IMG/VR virus record: IMGVR_UViG_3300046517_002304
Location: 372,001 to 436,000 of that record
Direction: 5' to 3' (one strand)
DNA length: 64,000 bases
The notes beneath the pieces were generated by a model that saw only the letters and a program-made list of their open reading frames with translations, was not told the DNA's origin and searched no databases. The position numbers and the translations under genes are program-made. Position 1 is the first letter of the stretch, and the number at the start of each line of letters is the position of its first letter. Below, in pieces: positions 51,432 to 61,089 of this stretch.

Positions 51432-52917
51432 CCCTCCTGGTATTCCAACTTTCATTGTAATTGTAGCCCTTCCGCTACCTTCAAAGTTTTAACTTCACTC
51501 CCTACGACCAGTTCTTGTAGGAAGATTTCACCCGAGAGTTTCGCGCTCTTATTTCGGATACTGCCAACAAATTCTTTTAGATCTGCCAGACTAACCCGTA
51601 GTCCTGTAAGGACGGCTTCCTCAACGTTGTCATTCAATTTCCGCCATAAAACCCATGAATGAATTCGTTTATCTTGGTACTTTCCTGCAAGGGTTCCCAA
51701 AACAAAATCCTTCACTCGTTTTTTAGCTTGTTTATAGAATGACAATTTTTCATTAAATCCAAGTCCTCTACGTCCTATCACGTAGGCCGCAGATTCATGG
51801 ATAGTAACCTTGTGCATCCAGCGATACTTGTACTTTCCGATAATACTAGTAAACGCCGGATTAACTTTTATATACTCAACTCCATGCTCAATACATTTTC
51901 GTTCTAATAATTCTATGAATTTACGCCATACAAATGGTGCTCTTCCGCGATTTATTTTTCTTCCGCTAAGACAAATCTCTTTTTTAAAGAACAAGTTCTC
52001 AAACACGATACCCTTATTCTTTTCTTTGGCATAATTAATTACTTGTTTTACTAAACATCCGATATCGTAATCTCTTTTATGGGTAGAACCATATAATAAA
52101 CGATTATTAATTAATGACTTGGATTCTACGAGGTTTCCATCTTTGCTTACTTCAGCCAAGGCGATTCTGTCAGGGTTTGTGTCTACCCCTATACAGCCGT
52201 TGCCTAATTTAGTTGTTGGTTCTGGAGCAGTAATTTGATAATCAATCTTAACATAAAAATGAGTGGCATCTTTTCTAATTAACCGAACATTATATGCTCT
52301 ACCGCTTTGAAGTAATTCTTGCAATCTTTCCTGAAACTTTTGTGGTATGAAAAGATGGTAATAAACCCATTTTTTAAAACCTATCGTAATTCTGAGCCTA
52401 TCGCCGACAATTCTGGCATTAAGATTTCCCTGCCGAGAAGCCCTTCCGCGGCAATAAATTTGCTTATTTCTATTATCTGTCCACTCCGCTTTTGTGATTT
52501 TGCCTAACTTGTAATCTTTCCATGCCTTTCTACCACCAAAGACAAGCTTATAATTACTAATTAATTTATCAATTCGCCCAAGTCTTTTTTTTAATTTGTT
52601 TTTTTGTTTTAAAGAAATCTTCGTTTTTATTTTTTGCTCTATAATTTGTCTTTTTTCGCAAAATCCTTCTATTTCTGATAAAACTTTCAAATAATAAGTT
52701 TGCCCTTCATTTACGGCGTCTGCCAATTGTCTAGAATTTAAATTATTATAAATACCCTTGGCCAATTTCTGAACCGAATAGGGCATCATCTTAGTTTTTA
52801 AAAACTTACAATATGAAAAACGAACACATGATTGAAAATCTATAATCAAACCATCTAGTTCATCAAAATTTATAGCCCATAATTCTCCATGTATAATTTT
52901 AAACATTAGACGATAAC
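51432..52917 (-). mobile_element. minimal non-autonomous TnpB element inserted in the ALDH 3' end
   Basis: Removing 51432..52917 restores ...TGG GCG CAA GGT CTT AAA TGA (WAQGLK*), whose TGA overlaps the next ATG; GG at both junctions; no transposase. Boundaries uncertain by a few nt. Confidence 0.6.
51452..52906 (-). CDS. tnpB: TnpB-related RNA-guided nuclease (IS200/IS605/IS607 accessory protein)
   Basis: RuvC-I GVDTN, RuvC-II VFENL, VNPAFTSIIG, IHESAAYVIGRRGLG; start at MFKIIHGEL (484 aa). Confidence 0.88.
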   Translation of the reverse strand: MFKIIHGELWAINFDELDGLIIDFQSCVRFSYCKFLKTKMMPYSVQKLAKGIYNNLNSRQLADAVNEGQTYYLKVLSEIEGFCEKRQIIEQKIKTKISLKQKNKLKKRLGRIDKLISNYKLVFGGRKAWKDYKLGKITKAEWTDNRNKQIYCRGRASRQGNLNARIVGDRLRITIGFKKWVYYHLFIPQKFQERLQELLQSGRAYNVRLIRKDATHFYVKIDYQITAPEPTTKLGNGCIGVDTNPDRIALAEVSKDGNLVESKSLINNRLLYGSTHKRDYDIGCLVKQVINYAKEKNKGIVFENLFFKKEICLSGRKINRGRAPFVWRKFIELLERKCIEHGVEYIKVNPAFTSIIGKYKYRWMHKVTIHESAAYVIGRRGLGFNEKLSFYKQAKKRVKDFVLGTLAGKYQDKRIHSWVLWRKLNDNVEEAVLTGLRVSLADLKEFVGSIRNKSAKLSGEIFLQELVVGSEVKTLKVAEGLQLQ

Positions 52918-54368
52918 CCTTGCGCCCATGTAATCTTATCGTCATAATTCGTAGTGACAGCAATTTTATGGCAGGTAGCATCAAAATTTCCTGATGCTGA
53001 AGGATGCCCAATTCCACTTTTCTTAATACCGCCGAACGGCACAGAACTTTCTGCACCAATACTTCCTGCATTAAAATAAATCATTCCAGAATCAATCTCA
53101 TCCTGGAACTTTTTCATCGTCCTAAAATTATCGGTTATAACGGCACAGCTTAACCCAAAATCTGTATCATTATAAATTCTAATCGCATCATCCGCATCAT
53201 CAAAAGGAATAATCGCTACGTGAGGGCCAAATACTTCCTCTTTAAGAAATCGCTTGTTTGCCCATTCGCAAAGATAAACAAATGGGGATAAGAAATAACC
53301 ATTACCCACCAATTTGTCGCCTTGTATCAAAACTCTACAAGAACGATCTTTTAGAACCATTTCATTATAAGAAACAACTCTTTCCAATGATTCTTTACTA
53401 ATTACAGGTCCGAAAAAACTTTTTTCATTACTTGGTGCGCCAATAACCAATTCCTTCACTCTGGCAATAAAATGAAGAACAAAACTATTCAATAGTTGCC
53501 TATGTACCAAAATTCGGCCAGCAGAAACACATCGCTGGCCAGCCAATTTAAATGATGAATTAACACAAGCATCAAGAGCAAGGTCTAGGTTTCCATCATC
53601 CATTACAATAACGGCTGACTTACTTCCCATCTCACAAGAACAATCTTTATTCCATTGGGTTGCACAATGCTGTTTAATTTTCATTCCAACTTCGGCGCTT
53701 CCAGTAAATAAAACATAATTTACATCACTATTCTCAACCAATAGTTTTCCGGCTTCATCTTGTCCTTGTATCATGTTGTAAACGCCCGCCGGGAAACCAG
53801 CTTCATGATACAGTTCTGCTGTTAAATTAGCTGACAAAGGCGATAGCTGACTTGGCTTATGAACTACGCAATTTCCTTCTAATATCGCTGGAGCAGAGGT
53901 CCAATGTGTGATGGCATACGGAAAATTCCATGGTGTAACACAAGCTACAACCCCACGAGGCTTGCGAATTATAGAAATTGATTTTTCAGCAACTTCTGAA
54001 GGAATCAATTCGCCTGCCGGCAGTCTTCCTCTACCGGCAGTAATCTCGCACATGTGCTTGGCTTCATTTACTTCAGCCAATGCTTCATTCTTATTCTTGC
54101 CTGTCTCCGCACATATCACTTTTATGATATCATCTTTTCTTCGCTCAATTCGGGCAGCAAGTTTAAGAAAATACTCGCCTCTGGCTGGACGACTAATTTT
54201 ACTCCATTTATGGAATGCATTTCTAGCGGCGGCTACCGATAAATCAACTCCATCTATTACTGTATTATTGACAACTTCAAGGACTTCTTCGGTAGATGGA
54301 TCTATCTTATGAAAATAACCACTTGTACCCGATGAAGTAAATTCGCCATTAATGTAATTTTTATACAT
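52899..54368 (-). CDS. aldehyde dehydrogenase family protein
   Basis: PWNFP, KPS, FTGSAEVG, EMGSK, AGQRC (catalytic Cys), EEVFGP, PFGGIKKSG. Confidence 0.95.
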   Translation of the reverse strand: MYKNYINGEFTSSGTSGYFHKIDPSTEEVLEVVNNTVIDGVDLSVAAARNAFHKWSKISRPARGEYFLKLAARIERRKDDIIKVICAETGKNKNEALAEVNEAKHMCEITAGRGRLPAGELIPSEVAEKSISIIRKPRGVVACVTPWNFPYAITHWTSAPAILEGNCVVHKPSQLSPLSANLTAELYHEAGFPAGVYNMIQGQDEAGKLLVENSDVNYVLFTGSAEVGMKIKQHCATQWNKDCSCEMGSKSAVIVMDDGNLDLALDACVNSSFKLAGQRCVSAGRILVHRQLLNSFVLHFIARVKELVIGAPSNEKSFFGPVISKESLERVVSYNEMVLKDRSCRVLIQGDKLVGNGYFLSPFVYLCEWANKRFLKEEVFGPHVAIIPFDDADDAIRIYNDTDFGLSCAVITDNFRTMKKFQDEIDSGMIYFNAGSIGAESSVPFGGIKKSGIGHPSASGNFDATCHKIAVTTNYDDKITWAQGLSSNV

Positions 54369-55609
54369 TTAGTCTTCCTCGTAAGAAACGATAGTGCCAA
54401 CTTCATCCGTCTCAGGATGATAGAATTCTTGGTGATGCAATTCCTTGCCACAAATTTGACTTTCAAAAGGCAATTCAGTAATCGGATCAATACCGAAAAT
54501 AGTAAACTCTTTTGGCTCGTGAACGTAGCAGACTAGCCCATCTTCAGAAAAATATTTTTCTGCATCTTCAATCACTACATGATTGAAGTCGTCGCACAGT
54601 AAAATTGTCGTGTTGCTCATTTGACCCCCATGCTTTTACAAACGCCATCAAATAGTCTACCGTAAAAATACTGATCCGTAAGAGCAAGAACATCCTGCTT
54701 TGTTTCACACTTATCTAATTGATCTTTAAAATCAACATTCATAGATCCGAATGGAGAAGTCGCAACGCAATTTCCGTCTTCGTCTACTATAAGTGAACGC
54801 ATGGACATTACGTTTCCATACATTATCTTCGTGTACTCAAGGTCTTGGACTTTAAATTTCATCTGGAATATTCTCCAATCTGTTCTGACAGTCTAAACAT
54901 ACTGCATACTCTACTTCGGCATTAGCTGCCCAAATCTTAGCCTTATTTTTATCGCAAATACTACAACGAATTTTTACTAAATTAACGGTATTGTCCGAAT
55001 GAGCTAATCCCTCTGTACGGGAACATGACGGACATTCTGGATATGATGCACCATTAATTATTGCACAATTAGAACCAATCGCGGAATCGTAGACGGCTCC
55101 ACATACACATTTTACCAAATAACAGTCTTCGGTTTGATTGATAATCATAATAAATACCTTTAATGATGAAAATAAGCATGGACCCCATTTTTGTCTTTAA
55201 GTATCATATAGCTTAAATCTTCTGTGATACTAACTGTTTCAAAATAATAACTGCAATTTGACGAATACTGACCAATAACTCTTAATGAAATGCGTAGTTT
55301 ATCTGGATTATCGCATCTAGCTTTTACTAAATCTGCTAACGGCCCCAATCTACAATCTAGTGTGTAGCCTCTTGCGCTAATAATTATCTTGCTGTTGGCA
55401 ATACTAAAAACCTTAGCGGCATATTCTTCATGGAAATCAGAAACAAGAACAACCGACAGTCCCAAATTACTTCTAGTCAAAAGTAATGCAAACTTTTTCC
55501 AATCCGAAGTTACCGAATTTTCTGTATACTGTTTAGTTTTTATATACCCGCCTTGGGAATAACTGAGAGAACGAACCAAGTCTAGATTAAGAAATTTCAT
55601 GGATTTCAT

Positions 55610-55637
55610 ATTATAGCACAAAACCCAAATATGTCAA
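55610..55637 (-). promoter_or_regulatory. sigma70-type promoter
   Basis: TTGACA-16 bp-TATAAT with TGn; very short leader to MKFLNL (55600). Confidence 0.8.
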
Positions 55638-55643
55638 GTATTT

Positions 55644-56129
55644 TTAGATAAAATTTACTGGATCAAAAATCTGATTAGCGGGCAACATTTCGCTGCCGCC
55701 AAGGTAATTAACCCAAATAGGCATGGCTTTGTAGCCAAGTTGAGACGCGGCCAAAATTCTATGGTTGCCTTCTCTAACTGTTGCCTTGCCGCGAGCATCA
55801 ACGACAATAAGAGGCTGCGCGAGATCTAATGCAGCATGTCCCTTATGTTTTAGCCACGCATAAATGTTATCCAATTTTTCCTTAGATTCAGGTGTATTGA
55901 ACCTTTTATGCTCTCCGTTTTCGCCTGGAATTTTTAAAAGTTCTGCTACTGGAACATAAGCGTTTCTATATCCAGCGGTAATTCTCGTTGGATTGGACTT
56001 TAACCAATCAAGGCCAGACTCTTTAGTTGCATATGGATTATCTTGTGCAAAATATAATGTCGCCCTCTTCTTATCACGAGCAGGGTCCGTAATGTAGTTG
56101 GAAAATAAACTGGTGAATGGAGGAATCAT
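55644..56129 (-). CDS. ParB/Srx-like nuclease-fold protein
   Basis: PLIVV...VREGNHRILAASQLG...MP. Confidence 0.65.
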   Translation of the reverse strand: MIPPFTSLFSNYITDPARDKKRATLYFAQDNPYATKESGLDWLKSNPTRITAGYRNAYVPVAELLKIPGENGEHKRFNTPESKEKLDNIYAWLKHKGHAALDLAQPLIVVDARGKATVREGNHRILAASQLGYKAMPIWVNYLGGSEMLPANQIFDPVNFI

Positions 56130-56403
56130 AAGAGCGTCTTTATAAGAGGCAAAATAACCTTCAGTGAATCTTCAGACAAACTTGACTTTGTAGGAATATT
56201 AAAATTAAATAATTTACCATTGACGCTTAACTCTACATGAATAGTGTCATTAGAGCTATCATGATAAGAATCTTTCAATAAAACATTGCATCCTAACCTA
56301 GAATTAATTATGGCAATAAACTCATGGGCACGCTCAAGATTTTGGTGCAAAAACACTGACTCTTTTACTGGCTTATACATACAATATTTAGTAGATCGAA
56401 CAA

Positions 56404-56435
56404 AAAACCCCAAGGGGTTGATTCCTTGGGGTTTT
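56404..56435 (-). terminator. rho-independent terminator
   Basis: 12-bp stem AAAACCCCAAGG/CCTTGGGGTTTT ending in a T run on the minus strand. Confidence 0.85.
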
Positions 56436-56522
56436 AAGATTCAAAATTCAGGCAGACTCACATCACTTACCAGTACTTTGCCGGTTACCCGGGATTGCTG
56501 GGACGGCGACTGCTGCCATGAA

Positions 56523-56780
56523 TTAGAAGCTGACGGTGATTGGGTGTCGGCTCATGTTAACAATTTCGTCGCGGCTGAATGTCTTATATCCAGCGTTGGC
56601 GAGAACACGAGTCGTACGACCTTCTCGGACTTCATAGCCGCCGATTGTGTTGCGGCCTAGTTCAGTGATAACCACAGTTCGGCGAACTGGCTTAGAATGG
56701 CTACCCTTGTACATAAACTTGGCAACTGGCTGGTTACGAATTGCATCTACACACCACGAACTCTTCTTTGACTTACTCAT
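56523..56780 (-). CDS. small WYL/Sm-like domain protein
   Basis: FMYKGS...RRTV...GGYEVR...YKTFSRDEI resembles the WYL core. Confidence 0.45.
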   Translation of the reverse strand: MSKSKKSSWCVDAIRNQPVAKFMYKGSHSKPVRRTVVITELGRNTIGGYEVREGRTTRVLANAGYKTFSRDEIVNMSRHPITVSF

Positions 56781-56948
56781 TTTTAGTTTTCCTATATAGA
56801 AAAAAACTTTTGCGAAATACCAAATAGCTTTATTGCGTACTTAGTAGATAAACTACATTCCGTAATAGGCTGTTTCGCCAGCCATTAATACCACCTTTAC
56901 ATCAGCGGTACTAATATATCGGCATACCACCGATATACTTTAACAAAA

Positions 56949-57122
56949 TTACTTACAAATCGGAAAAGACGGCCCACAGGCACAATTTCCCGCCTTATCA
57001 CACTCGCACCGAATTTCCCAGCTTTCCGAAAAGGAAACTGACTTAGTGCAACGACAACCCGAACAACAAGCGACACAAGACGACATCAAAGCAATCAAGG
57101 TCACAAGAATCCAATTTTTCAT
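56949..57122 (-). CDS. small Cys-rich putative lipoprotein/secreted peptide (57 aa)
   Basis: Read by hand: MKNWILVTLIALMSSCVACCSGCRCTKSVSFSESWEIRCECDKAGNCACGPSFPICK*; 10 Cys; AAGGA RBS. Confidence 0.65.
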   Translation of the reverse strand: MKNWILVTLIALMSSCVACCSGCRCTKSVSFSESWEIRCECDKAGNCACGPSFPICK

Positions 57123-57641
57123 TTTTCAATCCTTAGTTCTAGAGTTTTCTATCCTTAGTTTGTTTTAAAACTGGCCGTACCTTTGTGCTTGAGCACTGGT
57201 TATTCCCTACGGCTAGGCTTGGTTCCCCTATGCCTCTTGCGAGACTGTTCCACTTTTGCCAGCAGCTTGTTTCTTAGTTCAACACTTACACTTGCCTTTG
57301 GAGCAGCAGCTTCCTTCACTCTTCGCGTAGTGGTTACCCGCCTCTCCCATCAAATCAACTTCAGACACTATTCCAACTCTGTTAAGAGTTATCGCAACGT
57401 CCTTGGGCAAGTCCACAACCGCAAAGGTCACGCGATTCTTACCGATCTTCGTATCAGCCACAAAATTGGCGATATGAAAATGTTCAGTATATTCCTTCAG
57501 GAGAAGCGGCAGTCTTTCCGCCGTAATCGCTCCGAAAGGAAATACTAACTTGCAACAAGTCAATGGAGAATAATTCTTCACTTCGCTATAAGGTGTATTT
57601 TCTACAACATTCAGCGGATTCTTGTTGTCGTTCATGAGTGT

Positions 57642-57669
57642 ATTATACCAATTCTTGGTTCTTTGTCAA
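57642..57669 (-). promoter_or_regulatory. consensus sigma70 promoter, probably leaderless transcript
   Basis: TTGACA-16 bp-TATAAT with TGn; ATG 57635 follows after 6 nt. Confidence 0.85.
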
Positions 57670-58476
57670 TGGGAAGTTTTTGCTTATCGTGCTAAACAAC
57701 TGCATATATGGGTACAACACCAGCCGCACAAGAAAAAGAATCCAAGAAATACCATCGCATCTGGCCAACTTGATGGTTGCTTACTGTCTGAATTAGCCAT
57801 AATTTTTTCTCCAAGTATTTTAGTGTAAAATTTAGTCTCTTACAAGCCACACCACATACGCTGTACTGATAATAGTCGCCAATGACATTGCCATAACAGC
57901 AAGATCATCATAAACACGACCGTAAAACATACCAATCCCGCCGATTACAATAAAAATACTAGCAGCTATATGAAACCAAAACAAATCATTAGGATTTATT
58001 GCTTCTTTTTCTTTCGTCAGCAAATTATCTACGTAGTTTTCGCACTGCGGGTTCAAGCATTTGTTAGTTCTCATCCATGCGACTAAATGAAGAGAGCTTT
58101 TGCACTTCGGACAATCTCCAGAATGGCCTTCTCTTGTTACGAGAAGCAAAGGAGGCTTAGGCTTTTCAATCATTATACATCCTGTCTTTCTTTAATCGTC
58201 GCTTACTTTTCTTCCACCATTTTTTAACTTTGTGCGGCGGGATACAATCAAATCGCTCAGTGCCGTCGCTATCTGTTCGCACGCAAGACATCATCCTACG
58301 GCCACATTCCGGACACGTAACTCTTACCGCTTTACCGCCATTAGGATTACGGGGACTTTTCTCAGAAATCCACTCTTGATCCCACACCCACGGATCACCC
58401 GCATTCATCCCCATCATACTAGAGTAAGAGCACATTTTGTTTTTACTCATAGTATGCTCCTAATTTAGATTTCTGT

Positions 58477-58487
58477 ATAGATAACTA
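58477..58487 (-). repeat. junction motif variant TAGTTATCTAT
   Basis: 10/11 match, intergenic, directly after the SPFH terminator. Confidence 0.6.
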
Positions 58488-58533
58488 AAAAATACGTTCG
58501 GCTACATGATTTACAACATCATGTAGCCGAACG
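58488..58533 (-). terminator. rho-independent terminator
   Basis: Perfect 16-bp stem CGTTCGGCTACATGAT/ATCATGTAGCCGAACG followed by TATTTTTT. Confidence 0.9.
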
Positions 58534-58548
58534 GCTACCAGGAGTTCC

Positions 58549-59751
58549 TTACTTAACTTCCTTCGCCTTGGCAACCGGAGCCACCACATTTTCAACAGCC
58601 TTGAGGAAGCTGTCTCCAAGAGTAATCACCTGCATATTCTCAGGCAGATATCCCTTGATGTTTCCGAATGCCTGAGCCATTGACTTCGCAACTTCAATTC
58701 TGGCGTAGGTTTCAGCACCAGACGCACTGAACGCTGAAAACTTCAGCTTTTCAGATTCGGCCTGAGCCTTACCAACGGCGAGAATAGCCTGCCCCTTCAA
58801 CTCGCCCGAATCCTTTTCGGCCTGAGCAGCAAGAACCGTTCTCTTCGCTTCAGCTTCAGCAGCAAGAATTGTCTTCTGCGCTTCAGCCTTAGCAGCAAGA
58901 ATAGACTGTTCGTTGCTTGCTTCGGCAGCAAGAACCTTAACCGCCTTATCTCGCTCTGCTTCCACAACGGCCTTCTCATAGTCGGCACCAGCAACCGCCT
59001 TTGCCTTCTTCGCGTCGGCGAGCGCAGCCTTCTCTTCCTGAACAGCTCGCTTCTCACGCTGAATAGCAACCTGCCGTGCAGTAATTTCTGAGACATACGC
59101 ATTATCAAGCTTAATATGCTCGATAACAAAGTTGTCAACAAAAATACCACGCTGACGCAGCTCGCCGTCCGCACGATTCAAGTCCTTCTCAATATCCTGT
59201 TGAAGTTTAACAAGACCTTCGCCAGAATACGCCGTAATTGCGTCCATGACCGTCGCATGATTCTTCGTTACCAACAGAAGAATCGGACGAAGAACTCGCT
59301 CTTCAATGCGATGATCGTCTTCATCACGAGGCGGGCCGACCGTCTTGTGAATGTCAACTACGTGCAACGGGTCAATTCGCCACTGAACCTGCAACGAAAG
59401 ATGCATGTCCTGGCTGTCCTGACTCTGCACAAGATAGCTATCCTGCTTACGGCCCTTGTTGACTTCGCCGTCTTCCTTGTTGTTCATAACAAACACATTG
59501 ACCGACGTAGAGTAAACCTGAATTCGTTCCCACGGCAAAACGAAGTAGGTCTTCGGCGGCAGAGGATCTTTTTCCACGCCACCAAACCACGTTTCCTTCA
59601 CGCCGATTTCGTTACCCTTGATAGGTACGATATCGAACATAGCGACCATCGCCACCATGGCGAGGAAACCGCAAACTGCGGCCACGATTAACTTGATCTG
59701 AGTCTTTGACAACATCTTTGCTTCCTTTTTCTTAGAGAAATTTTTCGGCAT
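58549..59751 (-). CDS. SPFH/prohibitin (band 7) family membrane protein
   Basis: N-terminal TM, SPFH core (VQWRIDP, LRQRGIFVDNFVI), long A/E/K-rich coiled coil. Confidence 0.88.
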   Translation of the reverse strand: MPKNFSKKKEAKMLSKTQIKLIVAAVCGFLAMVAMVAMFDIVPIKGNEIGVKETWFGGVEKDPLPPKTYFVLPWERIQVYSTSVNVFVMNNKEDGEVNKGRKQDSYLVQSQDSQDMHLSLQVQWRIDPLHVVDIHKTVGPPRDEDDHRIEERVLRPILLLVTKNHATVMDAITAYSGEGLVKLQQDIEKDLNRADGELRQRGIFVDNFVIEHIKLDNAYVSEITARQVAIQREKRAVQEEKAALADAKKAKAVAGADYEKAVVEAERDKAVKVLAAEASNEQSILAAKAEAQKTILAAEAEAKRTVLAAQAEKDSGELKGQAILAVGKAQAESEKLKFSAFSASGAETYARIEVAKSMAQAFGNIKGYLPENMQVITLGDSFLKAVENVVAPVAKAKEVK

Positions 59752-59755
59752 TATT

Positions 59756-60229
59756 TTACTTTATTTCCGCAAGCAGTTCGTCTAAACTTACTGCTGTCTT
59801 AAGCCCTAGCTCTGATGCTTTGTTAAAAAATAATTCTGCCGTCTCATAATCGCCCATATTTGACCAAGCTAGTCCTTTAGCAAACATTAGCTTGGCGAAC
59901 GGAACGTGTACCGCAACCTCTCTTAACTTCTCTAATACTTTAATCCAATCAAGTCCCAACCATGCGGCTTGTAATTCTTCCTTAACAGTAAGAATATGAC
60001 CAGTAAGCGGATAGGGAGTAGCCTTGACATCCTGTAGATTATACAAGTCCTCAGAAAACCACTGTAAAAAACTAGCTTCTCTTGTATTTACATGCTCATA
60101 ATAATCATCTGACCTATCCTGTTCGGCCTGAAATTCAGGTGTATTATCTTTGCCTTCATTCGCCAAGCGATGAATGCTCTTAGTAGAACCAATCATCGCA
60201 ACAAAATACTTATTTTTTAAAAACTCCAT
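59756..60229 (-). CDS. hypothetical protein with C-terminal TPR-like helices
   Basis: KGLAWSNMGDYETAELFFNKA. Confidence 0.5.
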   Translation of the reverse strand: MEFLKNKYFVAMIGSTKSIHRLANEGKDNTPEFQAEQDRSDDYYEHVNTREASFLQWFSEDLYNLQDVKATPYPLTGHILTVKEELQAAWLGLDWIKVLEKLREVAVHVPFAKLMFAKGLAWSNMGDYETAELFFNKASELGLKTAVSLDELLAEIK

Positions 60230-61089
60230 TACTTGTCATCCTCAACCTTTTCTGGTTCCTTCTTCTGAAAGCATAAAAGAAGGGCATACAGAAGATACCC
60301 AACAACGCCAATGGCAAACATGGGAATCAAAACTTCAATAACAGCCTTCTTGAGAATGACCGTAAGCATAGCAACCAACAAAGTCGCCCATGCCACATGT
60401 ATCAACATTCGCCAGTTCATTGTTCTTCCTCTGAAAGAGTTTCAGTTGCCAAATTCTTGACCACAGCCACAAGTCGCCGGTGCTCTTCTCTGTCTATATG
60501 ACAGTTAAAGTAGCTGTAATCCAACGCATGTACGATAGCAGGAATGTCTTCGGGTGTCAAGACCATCACTTATCGTCGTCCTTAGATTTTTTGTCAAAAA
60601 GTTTGGTCAACCTAGACGTAGGGTATCGGTTAGGATCAGCTTCGCCGCGATCCAGCTTATATTTTTCAGTCAAATAATCGCCATATTCATCAGTCAAAAC
60701 CACCTTGGTGTCGTCGGTCAATTCAGCAGTTTTTGCTTCATTCACCATAGACTTATGACTCCCAAATACACTTGGAAACGGATATGACTTAATTTCTTTG
60801 GCCATGATTTTTTCCTTAAATTCTAGTGAGCGTGACTCTTTTCATCAACTTTTTTTTGCGTCTGTTGTGAGATATCGCACTACACGCCTTCAAAAATTGC
60901 GCGTGAATGAAAACGCCTAGTATGAAAACAATTCCTCCAGGGATATAAATAACAGGAAACAAAAGAAAAAGAAGTACTGTGCCAGAAGTCTTAAAAAATC
61001 CAAGATGTTTGTCTTTACACTCTTGATACATATCATGAGTAATAAAAATTGAAATTACATGTAATACAGCCACAACAACTAAGCAAAAA

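Noticed and set aside
51452-53071. TnpB as a Cas12/Cas14 CRISPR effector, and the 539-aa ORF call
   Set aside because: No repeat-spacer array or cas genes are nearby. The first 55 codons overlap ALDH in another frame, so ATG 52906 is the likelier start.
57171-57262. Definite c-di-AMP or cobalamin riboswitch
   Set aside because: Only fragments (GNRA hairpin, GGGGAACC, GGGAA) resemble these; the conserved 3' elements are missing.
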